Positions 51,248 through 64,000 of a stretch of 64,000 nucleotides of DNA are shown here, piece by piece. Position numbers and translations under genes: made by a program. Under the pieces are notes generated by a model. That model had not been told where the DNA came from, ran no database searches, and worked only from the letters and a program-made list of their open reading frames with translations. The DNA is from Octopus vulgaris (taxonomy: Eukaryota): the NCBI GenBank assembly GCA_951406725.2, contig OX597837.1, forward strand, positions 21,142,001 to 21,206,000, read 5' to 3'. Positions within the stretch are counted from its first letter, which is position 1, and every line of letters begins with the position of its first letter.

Positions 51248-51536
51248 TCAAAGGTCTGATTCTGGTTCCTTCTTGTTTGCAGTCTTTTCTTCTGAAATCT
51301 TAGGTTCTTGCGGTGGGCAGAACTGCTGTGCCATACCGGCAACTACATGGATTGCTTTATTCTCGAAGACGTCCAATGTTCTGTTTGTAGGTGTTATTGC
51401 GTTGTTCAACATAGCAACAGCAGCTGTCTCCACAGGGAGGGTGACGGCTGTGGGGAAGAAGTATGCAACTGGTCGCAGAATCTTCTGGAATATTGTATCA
51501 CCAGGCCGATGTTCTGCACGATCGCATAACAGAACG
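51248..51536 (-). CDS. HTATIP2: HTATIP2-like terminal exon (VLLCDRAEHRPGDTIFQK...VAMLNNAITP...FENKAIH...EPESDL*)
   Basis: TTTGTAG acceptor, 289 nt, in phase with the previous exon; VLLCDR-x-E-x-RPG, AMLNN and ENKAIH match TIP30; TGA at 51250-51248. Confidence 0.93.
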
Positions 51537-52541
51537 CTACAAAGAGTGGGAAGTTCAGAAATGGTAAAAAAAAATTAAGAGGAAATTGGGTCACAAATTG
51601 CATTAAAAAAATCTTATCAAACATAGAATTATAGTTCGAATAGGTGCCATTAGTTGTCAACATGAAGAAGGATATTATTCTATTCTGTTCTAGTCGTAGC
51701 CAGTGCAGGTGACAAATGAAAGGCACCTGTGCTGGTAACATATAAAAGACACCCAGTACACTCTGTGGGATGGTTGGTATTAGGAAGACCATTCAGCAGT
51801 AGATACCAATCCAAAACAGACAGGAACCTGGTGCAGCTCTCCAGCTTACAAGCTCCAGTGAAACTGTCTAACCCATGCCAGCATAGAAAACAAATGCTAA
51901 ATGATGAAAATGATGACGACAATCAGATTAACATTCACACATATAGACTTGTATACATTATACAATGGTAACCTCTTCCCCATCTCTAAACATCACCCCT
52001 CTACCCCCCTATATCACTTATATCCTTCCCACTGTTCCCTGTGGGTGGATCCTGATGCATCTCTAACACCAGCTATTTTACTTTCTCTGTCTCTCACTGA
52101 CTGCCTCTCTGTCTTTCTCCCCTCTCTTTTTGTTATTAGCGTAGCCAAGTATCCCCGCTGTAAGACACCAATCTATCGCTCTATTATACTCTAACATTTC
52201 ATGGCACTATGCCACTTCTCTTAGTCACAATTTCCTCTCTCCCGGCCGAGAGGTCTTGCAAGTTACTTGGCAACCCCAGTGGTGTTCACGCCACATAAAA
52301 AGCATCCAGCACACTCTGTAAAGTGATCAGTGTTAAGAAGGGCATCCAGCTGGAGAAACCATGCAAAAACAAGCAACTTGGGCCTGTTGCAACTCTCCAG
52401 CTTGCCAGTTCCTGTCAACCCATTCAACCCATACCAGCTTAGAAGACAGGCGTTAGATGATGATGATGATGATGACATGCACTTATACACACACACACAC
52501 ATATATATACATATACATATATGTACACACATGCCTATATA

Positions 52542-53730
52542 TATTGGGTTATCAGATAAATTCATTATTTCTTTCCAATATTGCTTGAATTAACACAAAA
52601 AAGGGTTTTTATTATAGTGTTTTGTGGTCTTTTTGCAGTTTTATTCTTCATCTACAACTCTTGTTTATCATTTTTGAAATTTGAATAAATTTTACCTCTT
52701 TTTCAGACATGACAGTTGCTGTGCCAAGTATATAAAAAAACAAAAAGAGTATTTTTGACACCTGCTTCTCAATCAAGGTTCTAATACTGCCTTTGTGCTG
52801 TGTATGGAGAAGATGCTATTACTGAAAGAACTGCACAGAAATAGAGGGGGAAATTCAATCTCCATGTTTCAGCTGACCTGTTCAGTTGAATGAGGATTGA
52901 TGAGGATCCAGGCCAAGCCACAAGGGAATTGGCCCAGCAGAAGGGATGCTCTCATGATACCATTGCTTGTTGCCTTCATTTGATGAATAAGGTCTAGAAA
53001 TTCAGTGTGTTGGTACCACATGCTCTGAACAAAAGAGACAAACTCCAGCACTCCTCTATCGCCACCAGTTTTCTCACTCAACACCAGGTCACTTGTGGAC
53101 ACAAACAGATATTTCTTTACTGCATCATCACTGGTGATTAAAAATGTCTTTATGTCAGAATGAAGAAGAGAAAAGAATGGTCACATCCTGACAAGCAAGC
53201 AACACCTTGCACCAAACCAGAGATGCGTCAATGCAAGATGATGCAACTGGGAACGGTTAATCCACTATGAAATGCTTGAAAACTACTACACAGTCAATGT
53301 AGAGCTTTACATTCACTCAGTGCATCAGTTCAACCAAGCAATATAGCTGAAATGACCCAACTGACAACATGGCATGCTTTATCAATATGGCAATGCTCAA
53401 TCCCATGTTAATTTGGCCAAAAATTAGTTGGGAAGTTCTGCCACATCCAGCATATACTTTTACATGGAACCTTCGGATTTTCACCTTTTTCAGTAGCTCT
53501 CCAACAGTTTGATGACATGGAGCTGAAAACCTGGTTCAATGAGATTCTTTGAGTCATGACCTGGTAACTTCCACTTTCAAGGCATTGACAAGCTAGTGGA
53601 ACATTGGCAAGAAGTTGTGAACAATGAAGGAGAACATATTATTGACCGATTTGTTAAAATTATTGATGAAAAATAAGGATTCAAATAGATGGAGAAAATA
53701 AAATAAACCAATTTATTTGACAATCCAGTA
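52542..53730 (+). mobile_element. Degenerate mariner element in an HTATIP2 intron
   Basis: TIRs TATTGGGTTATCAGATAAAT / ATTTATTTGACAATCCAGTA; ITGD.KCLY, LPHPAY..EPSDFHLF and GIDKLVEHWQEVVNNEGEHI remnants. Confidence 0.75.
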
Positions 53731-54529
53731 GTGACATACATAAACACACATTAACCGCTTATGCCCATAGCTTTTGCCTTAAAATGCTCTTTCATTGAAA
53801 TTTCTTCCATACACATTCTTTTCAGTAGGTGTTAACTTGTAACAGTTAGAATGGAACATTAAAGATTATTCTTTTCTTTAAACTCATCATCATCATTTTA
53901 ACATCCACTTTCCATGCTTGCCTGGGTCAGAATGAGTTTCTTGAGACAGGTTAGCTACAGTCGGATGCCCTTCCTGTCACCAACCTTTGCCTGTTTCTAA
54001 GCAAGATAATATTTCCCTATTGCCGGACATGTTTTGTAGAGCATTGGAAGTGATACTAAGCAACCAATGATGCATGAATTAGAGGGAGGTAGGGGGAGTA
54101 CGAGGGGACTTACAGTTCCAGGGAAAAAAATCCTTTACTTCAAAAACTAGTAAGAGTTAGCAACTGGAAGGGCATCCAGCTATAAAATAATTCCTAGGTA
54201 ATATGTATTCATCTAACTCATGACAGCAGAGAAAAACAGATGTAAAAACGAACAAACAGATAACTTTGTATTCAGTGTTCTCTGTACTTGTCATATCAGT
54301 CACAAAGAAATATCTAAGTAAATATAAAAAACTGTGCATAAACTCATTTGTTCTGAGTATCCCAGTATGGCCAGTCTAATGACTGAAACTGAAAGAGGGG
54401 ATTTACTTTGATGATTGAAATGAACTTCAGAAAAAGAACTGAATATCTACAAAATACTTGTAATGTTAGAAATAGCAGCTGAATCACCCTTCAATCATGC
54501 CCCAAAATTTTCAAAAAATAGAAAACAGA

Positions 54530-55617
54530 TTCCATCACATGCCAGGGAGGAAAAACTAGAAGTAGTTGATAGCTTCTGTTACCTAGATGACCAAGTCAGT
54601 AGCAGTGATGGACGCTCTGAGAGAGCAGCTGCTAGAATAAGAATAGCCTGGGCAAAGTTCAGAGAGCTCCTACATCTGCTGGTGACAAAGAGCCTGTTGT
54701 TCAGAGTGAAACGTAGACCATATGGTGCATGTGTGTGAACAGTCATGCTACACAACAGTGAAACATGGGCTGTGACTGCCGAAGACATGTGTAGGCTTGA
54801 AAGAAATGAAGCTAGTATGCTCTGCTGGAGGTGTAATCTCAGTGTGCATATATGACAGAGTGTAGGTGTCTTGAGAGAAAAGCTGGCCATAAGAAGCATC
54901 AGATGTGGTGTGCAAGAGAGATGACGCCACTGGTATGGTCATGTGTTGCATATGAATAAGGACAGCTATGTGAAGACGCGTCACACCCTAACAGTGGAGG
55001 GAACCTGTGGAAGAGGTAGACCCAGGAAGATCTGGGATGGGGTGGTGAAGCATGACCTTCGAATGTTGGGCCTCACAGAGGCAATGACAAGCAACCAAGA
55101 CCTTTGGAGATATGCTGTGCTTGAGAAGACCCAGCGAGCCAAATGAGATCGTAGCTGTGACTGATGCCAATGTTGCATAACTGGCCCGTTTAAAAGTACC
55201 TTTCAATTGCCAAGCAATGTGCTGTGCTTGAGAAGACCTGTTGAGTCAAATGAAATCGTAGTCATGGCCAATGCCAGTGTCACCTGACTGGCACTCATGC
55301 CAATGGCACATAAAAAGTACCATTCGAATGTGGTTGGTGCCAGTGCCGCCAGACTGGCTCCTGTGCAGGTGGCATGTAAAAAGCACCATTTGAGTGTGAT
55401 CGATGCCAGTGCTGCCTCACTTGCCCACGTGCCTGTGGCATGTAAAGAGCACCCACTACACTCTCAGAGTGGTTGGCGTTAGGAAGAGCATCCAGTTGTA
55501 GAAACCTTACCAGATCAGATTGGAGCCTGGTGCAGCCACCTAGCTTGCTAGTCCTCAGTCAAAGCATCCAACCCATGCAAGCATGGAAAGCGGATGTTAA
55601 ACAATAATGACGATGAT
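54530..55617 (+). mobile_element. 3' portion of an RTE LINE (ORF2 C-terminus plus 3' UTR with sub-repeats and GAT tail)
   Basis: EKLEVVDSFCYL...ARIRIAWAKFREL, WYGHV and VEGTCGRGRPRKIW..VVKHDL motifs run directly into the abundant GGAGTGGTTGGCGTTAGGAAG...(GAT)n tail. Confidence 0.88.
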
Positions 55618-55721
55618 GGAAGGACACCTTGGATAATGTAGTGCTGGATACTACACAACCAGTGAACTTCTAACATTGGATAAATAAATAAAAATGAGGA
55701 ATGAATAAGCAAATTACTTAC

Positions 55722-55783
55722 CCTGGTCGAAATATGGAGAGTCTCTGGAAATGCATAACTTTCAAAGTTTCTTCCATGAGACC
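55722..55783 (-). CDS. HTATIP2: HTATIP2-like penultimate exon (GLMEETLKVMHFQRLSIFRP-G)
   Basis: TTTCAG acceptor, GTAAG donor, 62 nt; SIFRPG matches TIP30 SVFRPG. Confidence 0.92.
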
Positions 55784-56394
55784 CTGAAAGAAAGACAAAC
55801 AGTGTCTCATTGTTTGCATTCGTTATATAATGTGTGCATGTGCATGCATGTGTGTGTGTGTGTGTGTGTAAAACAACCATTATCATCATTAGCACCACCA
55901 CTACCATCACAACCACTTTCATCACTTTAACGACAGCCTTTTATCCCCACTACCATCATCACGACAAAAACCTTTACTACCATCATGTGATGACATCTGG
56001 AGCCCCCCAACCTGCAAAGATCTACACTTGGTTTCTTGCTGTTTGTTGTATATATTAATGAAACTGATGCCAACTTAAAGTATATTGCTGAGTTAAAACA
56101 CACACACACACACACTAGACAATCGAGACAGTGCCTCAGCATATCCCAGCATGGCCACAGTCTAATGACTGAAACAAGTAAAAGAAACACTACATTTAAT
56201 TGTACCTTAAAAACATAAAAGAACAGATGCCAGATGCTCTAGATCTTTCCTGTATTGGGACTCAGTGCAGCTGCAAAGGACTGTTGACTGACAATTTAAG
56301 ATGGCTGTAGATGACTGCACAACTATACATTTGAGAGGAAAATCCCAGGATTTCTCTACTACCACCACAACACAAACCCTAAGAAATCTCAGCA

Positions 56395-57059
56395 AATAAT
56401 GTGAGTTCATGGCTGTTTCCTGCACCAGCTTCACATAGCAGCCCCAGCCCATCCAAAGTACCTTGGATCGCAGGACAGCCTGCTGTGCTTACCTTGGGTC
56501 ATAGGGTGACCTGCTGTGCTTGAGGAGACCTATTGAGTCAAGTACATCAACATCAAAATAAAAATCAATTGGAAATTGTAGTTGTGATACCTGTGCCGGT
56601 GGCACGTAAAAAGCACCATCTGAACATGGCCGATGCCAGCTTCCCCTAGCACATAAAAAGCACCCATTACACTCACGGAGTGGTGAGTGTTAGGAAGGGC
56701 ATCCAGCTGTAGAAACACTGCCAGATCATACTGGAGCCTGGTGCAGCCTCTATTTCTTTACTACCCACAAGGGGCTAAACACAGAGGGGACAAACAATGA
56801 CAGACAAACGGATTAAGTCGATTATATCAACCCCAGTGCATAACTGGTACTTATTTAATCTACCCCGAAAGGATGAAAGGTTAAGTCGACCTCGGCGAAA
56901 TTTGAACTCATAACATAACGGCAGACGAAATACGGATATGCATTTCGCCCGGTGTGCTAACGTTTCTGCCAGCTGGCCGCCTCCTGGCTTCCCAGACCCC
57001 GGTTGAACAGTCCAACCCATGCTAGCATGGAAAACGGACGTTAAATGATGATGATGATG
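56395..57059 (+). mobile_element. RTE-type 3' UTR copy with a nested family B SINE; sister copy at 59610-60095
   Basis: Shared GTGAGTTCATGGCTGTTTCCTGCACCAGC...GCTGTGCTTACCT block and (GAT)n tail. Confidence 0.75.
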
Positions 57060-58336
57060 AATATGTGTTGGCTGACACACATTTCTAAAATCATCAAAAA
57101 GGCCACAGGTGTGTTGCTATCACTAAGTAAAATCTCTGTCAGCCATTCATGAGCTTTCTATAAAACCTTTTAGCTTTCAAATTATTCTGTCAAATGTAAT
57201 TACTCCTTTGTTTTTTTACTCTTATTACTTATTTCAGTCATTTGACTACGGCCATACTGGAGCACCGCCTTTAGTCGAACAAATCGACCCCAGCATTTAT
57301 TCTTTGTAAGCCTAGTACGTTTTCTATCGGTCTCTTTTGCCAAACCACTAAGTTACAGGGAAGTAAACACACCAGCATCGGTTGTCAAGAGATGTTGGGG
57401 AACAAATAGACACACAAACACACACATATATACGATGGGCTTCTTTCAGTTTCCATCTACCAAATCCATTCACAAGGCTTTGGTCAGCCCAAAGCTATAG
57501 TAGAAGACACTTGCCCAAGGTGCCATGCAGTGGGACTGAACCCAGAACCATGTGGTTCATAAACAAGCTACTTACCACACAGCCACTCCTGCACCTATGT
57601 AACGCTTATTTATTCACATTGATTTGAATCAGTTGTGAATGATCTCGTAGCTTTGAGATTTTAATGATGTGATTGCTCATTTTAAGAATAACATAGTTAG
57701 GAAAGTGTGAAAGGCTGGATCTGGCCAGTTTGAACATAAAATAGCTAGAATAATTGGGCCAGATATGGCTGGTTTAGATGCTAAAGGGTTAAAGCTATAT
57801 ATCACTAAGGTATGTCCACATTTAAAGTTTGCATATCCAGTCTGTTATTTCTTTACTGCCCACAATAGGCTAAACATAGAGGGGACAAACAAGGATAGAC
57901 AAAGGAATTAAGTCGATTACATTGACCCCAGTGCGTAACTGGTACTTAATTTATCAACCCCGAAAGGATGAAAGGCAAAGTCGACCTCAGCGGAATTTGA
58001 ACACAGAACGTAACAGCAGACAAAATACCGCTAAGCATTTCACCCGGTGTGCTAACGCTTCTGCCAGCTTGCTTGTCCAGAATATTGGTCAATAGGAAAG
58101 TGACTAGAGACATTTAACCAGACAAATACCATCTATCAGTCAGTTACTGTATCTTGAAAATCTTACTTCTGAGCATTGATACAATAAAACTTCAATGTTT
58201 ATCAGCTAAATATGTAGAAAACCTCAAGATTATCCACTATTTTGCCAACAACAAATTTGATCCCTTTTTTTAATTCAAAATCTCTGCCACTTGTAGACAA
58301 GCTTATAAAATCAAAAAACAGCATCTATGACTTTCA

Positions 58337-58570
<234 letters not shown>

Positions 58571-61500
58571 TTATTTCTACATTATCTGTTTTTTCTGTTT
58601 TTGGGGTTTTAAAAAAAAAATAATTTCACTCTGTCTCAACTTTTCCCAGAAGGAATTTTCTACTCCACCCAACAAGTTCAGTGTAGTCTAAGCAAATCAA
58701 GTTCTATCCAGACAAACACCTGTCTCCTTGGAGTCTAATTATATATATCTTTTATCTGTTACCTGTTTTGAGTCATTAGACTGCAGCCATGCTGGGGCAC
58801 CGCTTTGAAGAATTTTAATTGAATCAATCGACCCCAGGACTTATCTATTTTTTTAAGCTTGGTACTTATTCAATTGGTCTCTTTTTGCTGAACCACTAAG
58901 TTACAGAAACATAAACGCACCAACACCAGTTGTCAAGCAAGGGTGGGGGACAAACACAGACACACACATACATATATGTCTACATACAATAGGCTTCTTT
59001 CAGTTTCCATCTGCCAAATCTACTCACAAGGCTTTGGTTGGCTTGGTGCTATAGCAGAAGGCACTTTCCCAGGGTTCCACACTATGAACCCAGAAACATG
59101 TGGTTGGAAAGCAAACTTCTTACCACACTGCTACACCTGCATACACACGCACACACACACACATATATAAAATAGGTGCAGGCATGGCTGTGTGGTAAGA
59201 AGCTTGCTTTCCAACCACATGGTTCTGGGTTCAGTCCCACTGCATGGCACCTTGGATAAGTGTCTTCTACTATAGCTTTGGGCCGACCAAAGCTCTGTGA
59301 GGGGATTTGGTAGACAGAAACTGAAAGAAGCCTGTTGTATATATGCATATATTAATGTGTGCATGTGTTTGTGTTTGTCCCCCCACCATTACTTGACAAC
59401 TAATATTGGTGTGTTTATGTCCCTGGAACCTAGCACTTCAGCAAAAGAAACCAATAGAATAAGTACCAGGCTTACAAAGAATAAGTTCTGGGTTCGATTT
59501 CTTTGAATTAAACCCTTTAAGGCAGTGCTCCAGCATAGCCTCAGTCATCTGACTGAAACAAGTAAAAGAATAAAAGAATATATGTAAATATATATATATA
59601 TATATATATTGCGAAAACCCAACAAATAACGTGAGTTCATGGCTGTTTCCTGCACCAGCTTCACATAGCAGCCCCAGCCCATCCAAAGTACCTTGGATCG
59701 CAGGACAGCCTGCTGTGCTTACCTCAAGCTGTGCTTGAGGAGACCTATTGAGTCAACATCAAAATAAAAATCAAATGGAAATTATAGTGGCACGTAAAAA
59801 GCACCATCCGAACGCGGCTGATGCCAGCACTGCCTTGACTGGCTTCCGTGCTGGTGGCACGTAAAAAGCACCAACCGATTGCGGCTATTGCCAGCCTCCC
59901 CTGGCACCTGTGCCATTGGCATGTAAAAAGCACCCACTACACTCACGGAGTGGTTGGTGTTAGGAAGGGCATCCAGCTGTGGAAATACTGCCAGATCAGA
60001 CTGGAGCCTGGTGCAGCCTCCTGGCTTCCCAGACCCCAGTTGAACTGTCCAACCCATGCTAGCATGGAAAACGGACGTTAAACGATGATGATGATATATA
60101 TAGAAAAATAACAAAAGTTAATTGGAAGTACACAGTGAATATTTTAGATTGACATTCCATGAAAGTTTTGATGGGAAAATAGAAGTACGAATATATATAT
60201 ATATATATACACATATATATATATATATGTGGAGGCGGTTTCGATTCCCAGACCGGGCGTTGTGAGTGTTTATTGAGCGAAAACACCTAAAAGCTCCACG
60301 ATGCTCCGGCAGGGGGTGGTGATCCCTGCTGTACTCTTTCACCACTCTTTCTTCTGTTGGCCTGCTCGCTTTGCCAATGATGTGTAACTACATTTGATGG
60401 ACTGGTTGGTCACGTGATCACGTGATATATATAAATCAAAGGTCCTTCTTGAGCCTTAGGCTCATAAGGTCAGTTTCCTTGATTCTGTAGTACATATACT
60501 CTTCTGCTAAACAGGACATTAAATGAGGATGATCATATACTTGTATCCTCTTGTCTTGACATTGTATAGTTGGAAGTAAGCGTCACTGTCTTACAAGCAG
60601 TGACATTCATTTTCAGTCTTCCAGGAAAATATGTTTGGCCAAAGAGAAATATTAATTTCAAATTTTGGTGCAAGGCCAGCAATTTCAGGTGAGAGGTAAA
60701 GTGATTGCATCAACTCCAATACTCAACTAGTGCTTGCTTTATCAACCATGAAAGGATGAAAGGCAAAGTTGATTTCAGCAGAATTTGAACTCAGAACATA
60801 AAGATGGATAATATGCTGTTAAACATTTTGCCCAGTATGCTAACGATTCTGCTAGCTCACTACCTTACCAAGAGGAAACATTGTCTTACTTGGAAACAGA
60901 AGAAAGCTGGCAACAGGAAGGGCATCTGACTGTAGAAACTCTACCACTCCAAATTCCATCTGACTTATGCAGACATGGAAAACTGGATATTAAAACGACG
61001 ATGACAATGATGATGATCACATGTTGTGTAAGCCACATATCACTATATAGATATGGAGTAAGGGGTGCTAGGACTGTGAAGTAGACCCAAAGGAGTGTGT
61101 CTCCACCATTCAAAGGAAACTGTAGGGAAAGAATCACTGGTTGTCAAAATCAACAAAATAACTGAAGGGCCATAGCACTGTACTCCTCTTTCACCAGCAA
61201 ACAAAGAAATAAGGTAGGAATAAGCAATAAGAAGATATAAATAATTATTTCTAATGAAAGCACAAGGCCTGAAATTTTGGGAGCAGGAGTCTAGTTGATT
61301 ACATCGACACCAGTGTTTCACTGGTACTTATTTTATTGACCCTGAAAGGATGAAAGGCAAAGTCAACCTTGGCAGGGGATTTTTATGCAGCACCGTCACC
61401 GGTAATTTTCATGTGGCACCGGTACCAGTGAATTTTATGAGTTACTAACATCCTCAGCAGAATTTGAATTCAGAATATTAAGACAAACGAAAATGCTGCT

Positions 61501-62749
61501 AAGCATTTCATCCAGCACGCTAACGATTCTGCCACCTTGTCACCTTTATTATTATAATAACAACAACATTAACCCTTTCTACTATAGGCACAAGGTCTGA
61601 AATTTGGAGGAGAGGGATAACTGATTACATCAACCCCAGTACTCGACTGGTACTTATTTCACTGACCCCAAAAGGATGAAAGGCAAAGTCAATCCTAGCA
61701 GAGTCTTTGCCACCTTTGCTGCAACAGCTGCATCAGCAACAGCAACAACAATCATTTCAACTATATGCACAAGACCTGAAATTTTGAGGGAGGGGACCAA
61801 TGAACCCCAGTGTTTCACTGGTACTTAATTTATCGACCTCGAAAGGATGAAAGGCAAAGTCGACCTCATAAGAATTAGAACTCAGAACGTAGCAGCAGAC
61901 AAAATACTACTAAGCATTTCACCCAGCATGCTAACGATTCTGCCAATTTACTGCCTCAACAATAATAATAATAATAATAATAATACTTACAGACTGGATG
62001 GATCCATGTGAGGTGCCAAGGGTACAAAAACCATATTCAAGTCCTTTAAAAAGATTAGCATAATCTTCAAGAAGGTTGAAGTCAACTACATTTTGTTCCT
62101 GAAAAGTAGTTTTTAAAAAATGTAACTATTTAAAATAAAAGTATTATGTTGATGTCATAAGAATTTTATAAATTTTCCAAAGAACCTGACTAGAAAATTT
62201 ACATTTCCTGAGTATAAACAAACCCCACCACAACCTATAGTTCATACTATTAAGTGGTTAGCTAAATGAGCAAAGACAGTGCAGGGTTATGAAGTCTCAA
62301 GTCCCTCTAGTTCTCTCTTATCAAAAGTTATTCAACCTATCTAGTGTTGGTGCGATGAGCAAATTCATCAGTGAGCTCTGTAGAGTAGTTAGGAAGAGCA
62401 TCCAGCTGTAAAAACTAAGCCAAATGATACATACAAGCATCTAGTCTTTGGGAGCTCTAAATGGGAACCAATTCAGATCTTGACAGCCATTAGCCCATAT
62501 ATATTAGTGACAGAGGCAGTATTAATACGGTGAGGTGATATTTATCTCCACTTAAATGTGGATGTTCTTTTAGAACAAACTATACTGTGGTGGATATCAT
62601 GAGAGAAACTCTCATATTGGCTTTTGGTACAAAATGCACTCTTGTTTATATTTATTGGATTTCTTTCACTGAACTGCTAAGTTATGGGGATGTAAACAAA
62701 CCAATACTGATTGTCCGGCTGTGAAGGGAGGTGCAAACACAAAGACACA

Positions 62750-62786
<37 letters not shown>

Positions 62787-63510
62787 GTGATGATCTTCCA
62801 CAGTTTCCAAATTCTTATCTAAGTTGCTGTACAGTCAGACTGAACCCAAAGCCACATGGTTGCAAAGCAAGCTCTTAACAACATAGGCAACATTTTAAAA
62901 ACATGCAAGTCTGTAATGTCAAAAATTCCTGTACATGAAACCAAAACTTGTAACCTATTATTGCGAAATATCGTTAAGTTGTCTTACACAACAAGTACAG
63001 TTTAACTGGCCTACTTTTAAACAAACCTACTTTTAAACAAAACTACATTTAAACTGGTCATATCTGGCCCAAAATTTTCCACTTGTTTTATGTTTAAACT
63101 GGCCAGATCCAGCCTCTCGCACCTACCTAACAATGTCAATCAAATCATAAACATTTATATACTTGAAATCTCAAGGCTATGAGATAATGCATGATGAATT
63201 CACATGAATGTGAATGAATATGTATTACATTTGACAGAGTAACCTGAATGCTAAAGGGTTAAATGGAGACTCAGGGAACTGTCTTATATATCCAGTCACT
63301 TTAACTCCATATATGGAGTCTCTCCAGGTGAAGACACTTCTTCTCCATATTTAAGAAGCCACAGCTCCAGCACTACCAACACGGTTAGAATGTTGCAGGA
63401 AAGACAAGATGGTTTCTTTAAACTGAACCAACTAGCAAAAGACTTAGGGGTAGACCAAGAGTGAGACAGTTGAATAATGTCCATAGTATCAGTTGTAAGT
63501 TAGGTATGAG

Positions 63511-63745
63511 AGGCGGTGAGCTGGCAGAAACGTTAGCACGCCAGGCGAAATGCTTAGTGGTATTTCGTCTGTCGTTACGTTGTGAGTTCAAATTCCACCG
63601 AAGTCGACTTTGCCTTTCATCCTTCCGGGGTCGATAAATTAAGTACCAGTTACGCACTGGGGTCGATGTAATCGACTTAATACCTATGTCTGTCCTTGTT
63701 TGTCCTCTCTGTGTTTAGCCTCTTGTGGGTAATAAAGAAATAGGT
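63511..63745 (+). mobile_element. SINE family B with a Meta-like central domain (many copies, e.g. 13865-14118 -, 19309-19541 +, 21731-21962 +, 24790-25440 +, 56750-56980 -, 57846-58072 -, 61255-61960 -)
   Basis: GGCGGTGAGCTGGCAGAAACGTTAG...GAGTTCAAATTCC head followed by GCCTTTCATCCTTCCGGGGTCGATAAATTAAGTACCAG. Confidence 0.82.
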
Positions 63746-64000
63746 ATGAGCATAAAACAGGCAGAATATTTGGGCTGGATATGGCTGGCTTAAATGCCAA
63801 AGAGTTAATCATTGGTCTGCTCAGCAACAGCAATCTGAACTTAGCTCAATGTCAATGAAAATGTCATCACTACTACATTGTTCTTTGTTACTTTCAGCAG
63901 TGAACTGTACCTAATCATACTTTGGAATTCAGCCAAAGAGGATAATAGTGGTTACTTCTGAAAGGGTCCTATGGAGGAAGTGCCTGATAACTCTCCCCCC

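Overview
AT-rich, repeat-dense animal genomic DNA. The SINE/RTE-tail repertoire and (TA/CA/GAT/TAA)n microsatellites point to an octopus (inference, not verified). Two spliced genes converge. On the + strand is a complete 7-exon MFSD9-like MFS transporter (11435-36706, 423 aa after splicing, all introns GT-AG and in phase). On the - strand are the last three exons of an HTATIP2/TIP30-like SDR (58495-51248), whose 5' exons were not found in the window. Most of the rest is nested transposable elements: Tc1/mariner, hAT-, piggyBac- and Merlin-like MITEs, Helitrons, a solo LTR, RTE, CR1/L2, R4/Dong and Penelope-like fragments, and three tRNA-derived SINE families. Most ORF-track entries are spurious. 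The most interesting signal is a short TSD-flanked, partly inverted retroelement family carrying a minimal type I hammerhead-ribozyme fold with a swapped core (G3-UGAA-C8-A instead of C3-UGAN-G8-A), present in three motif copies. Several other decayed hammerhead motifs lie near Penelope-like remnants. Also notable: an R4/Dong insertion whose (TAA)n flank forms an MFSD9 splice-acceptor region, and a 7x156-bp head-to-tail array of an RTE 3' tail.
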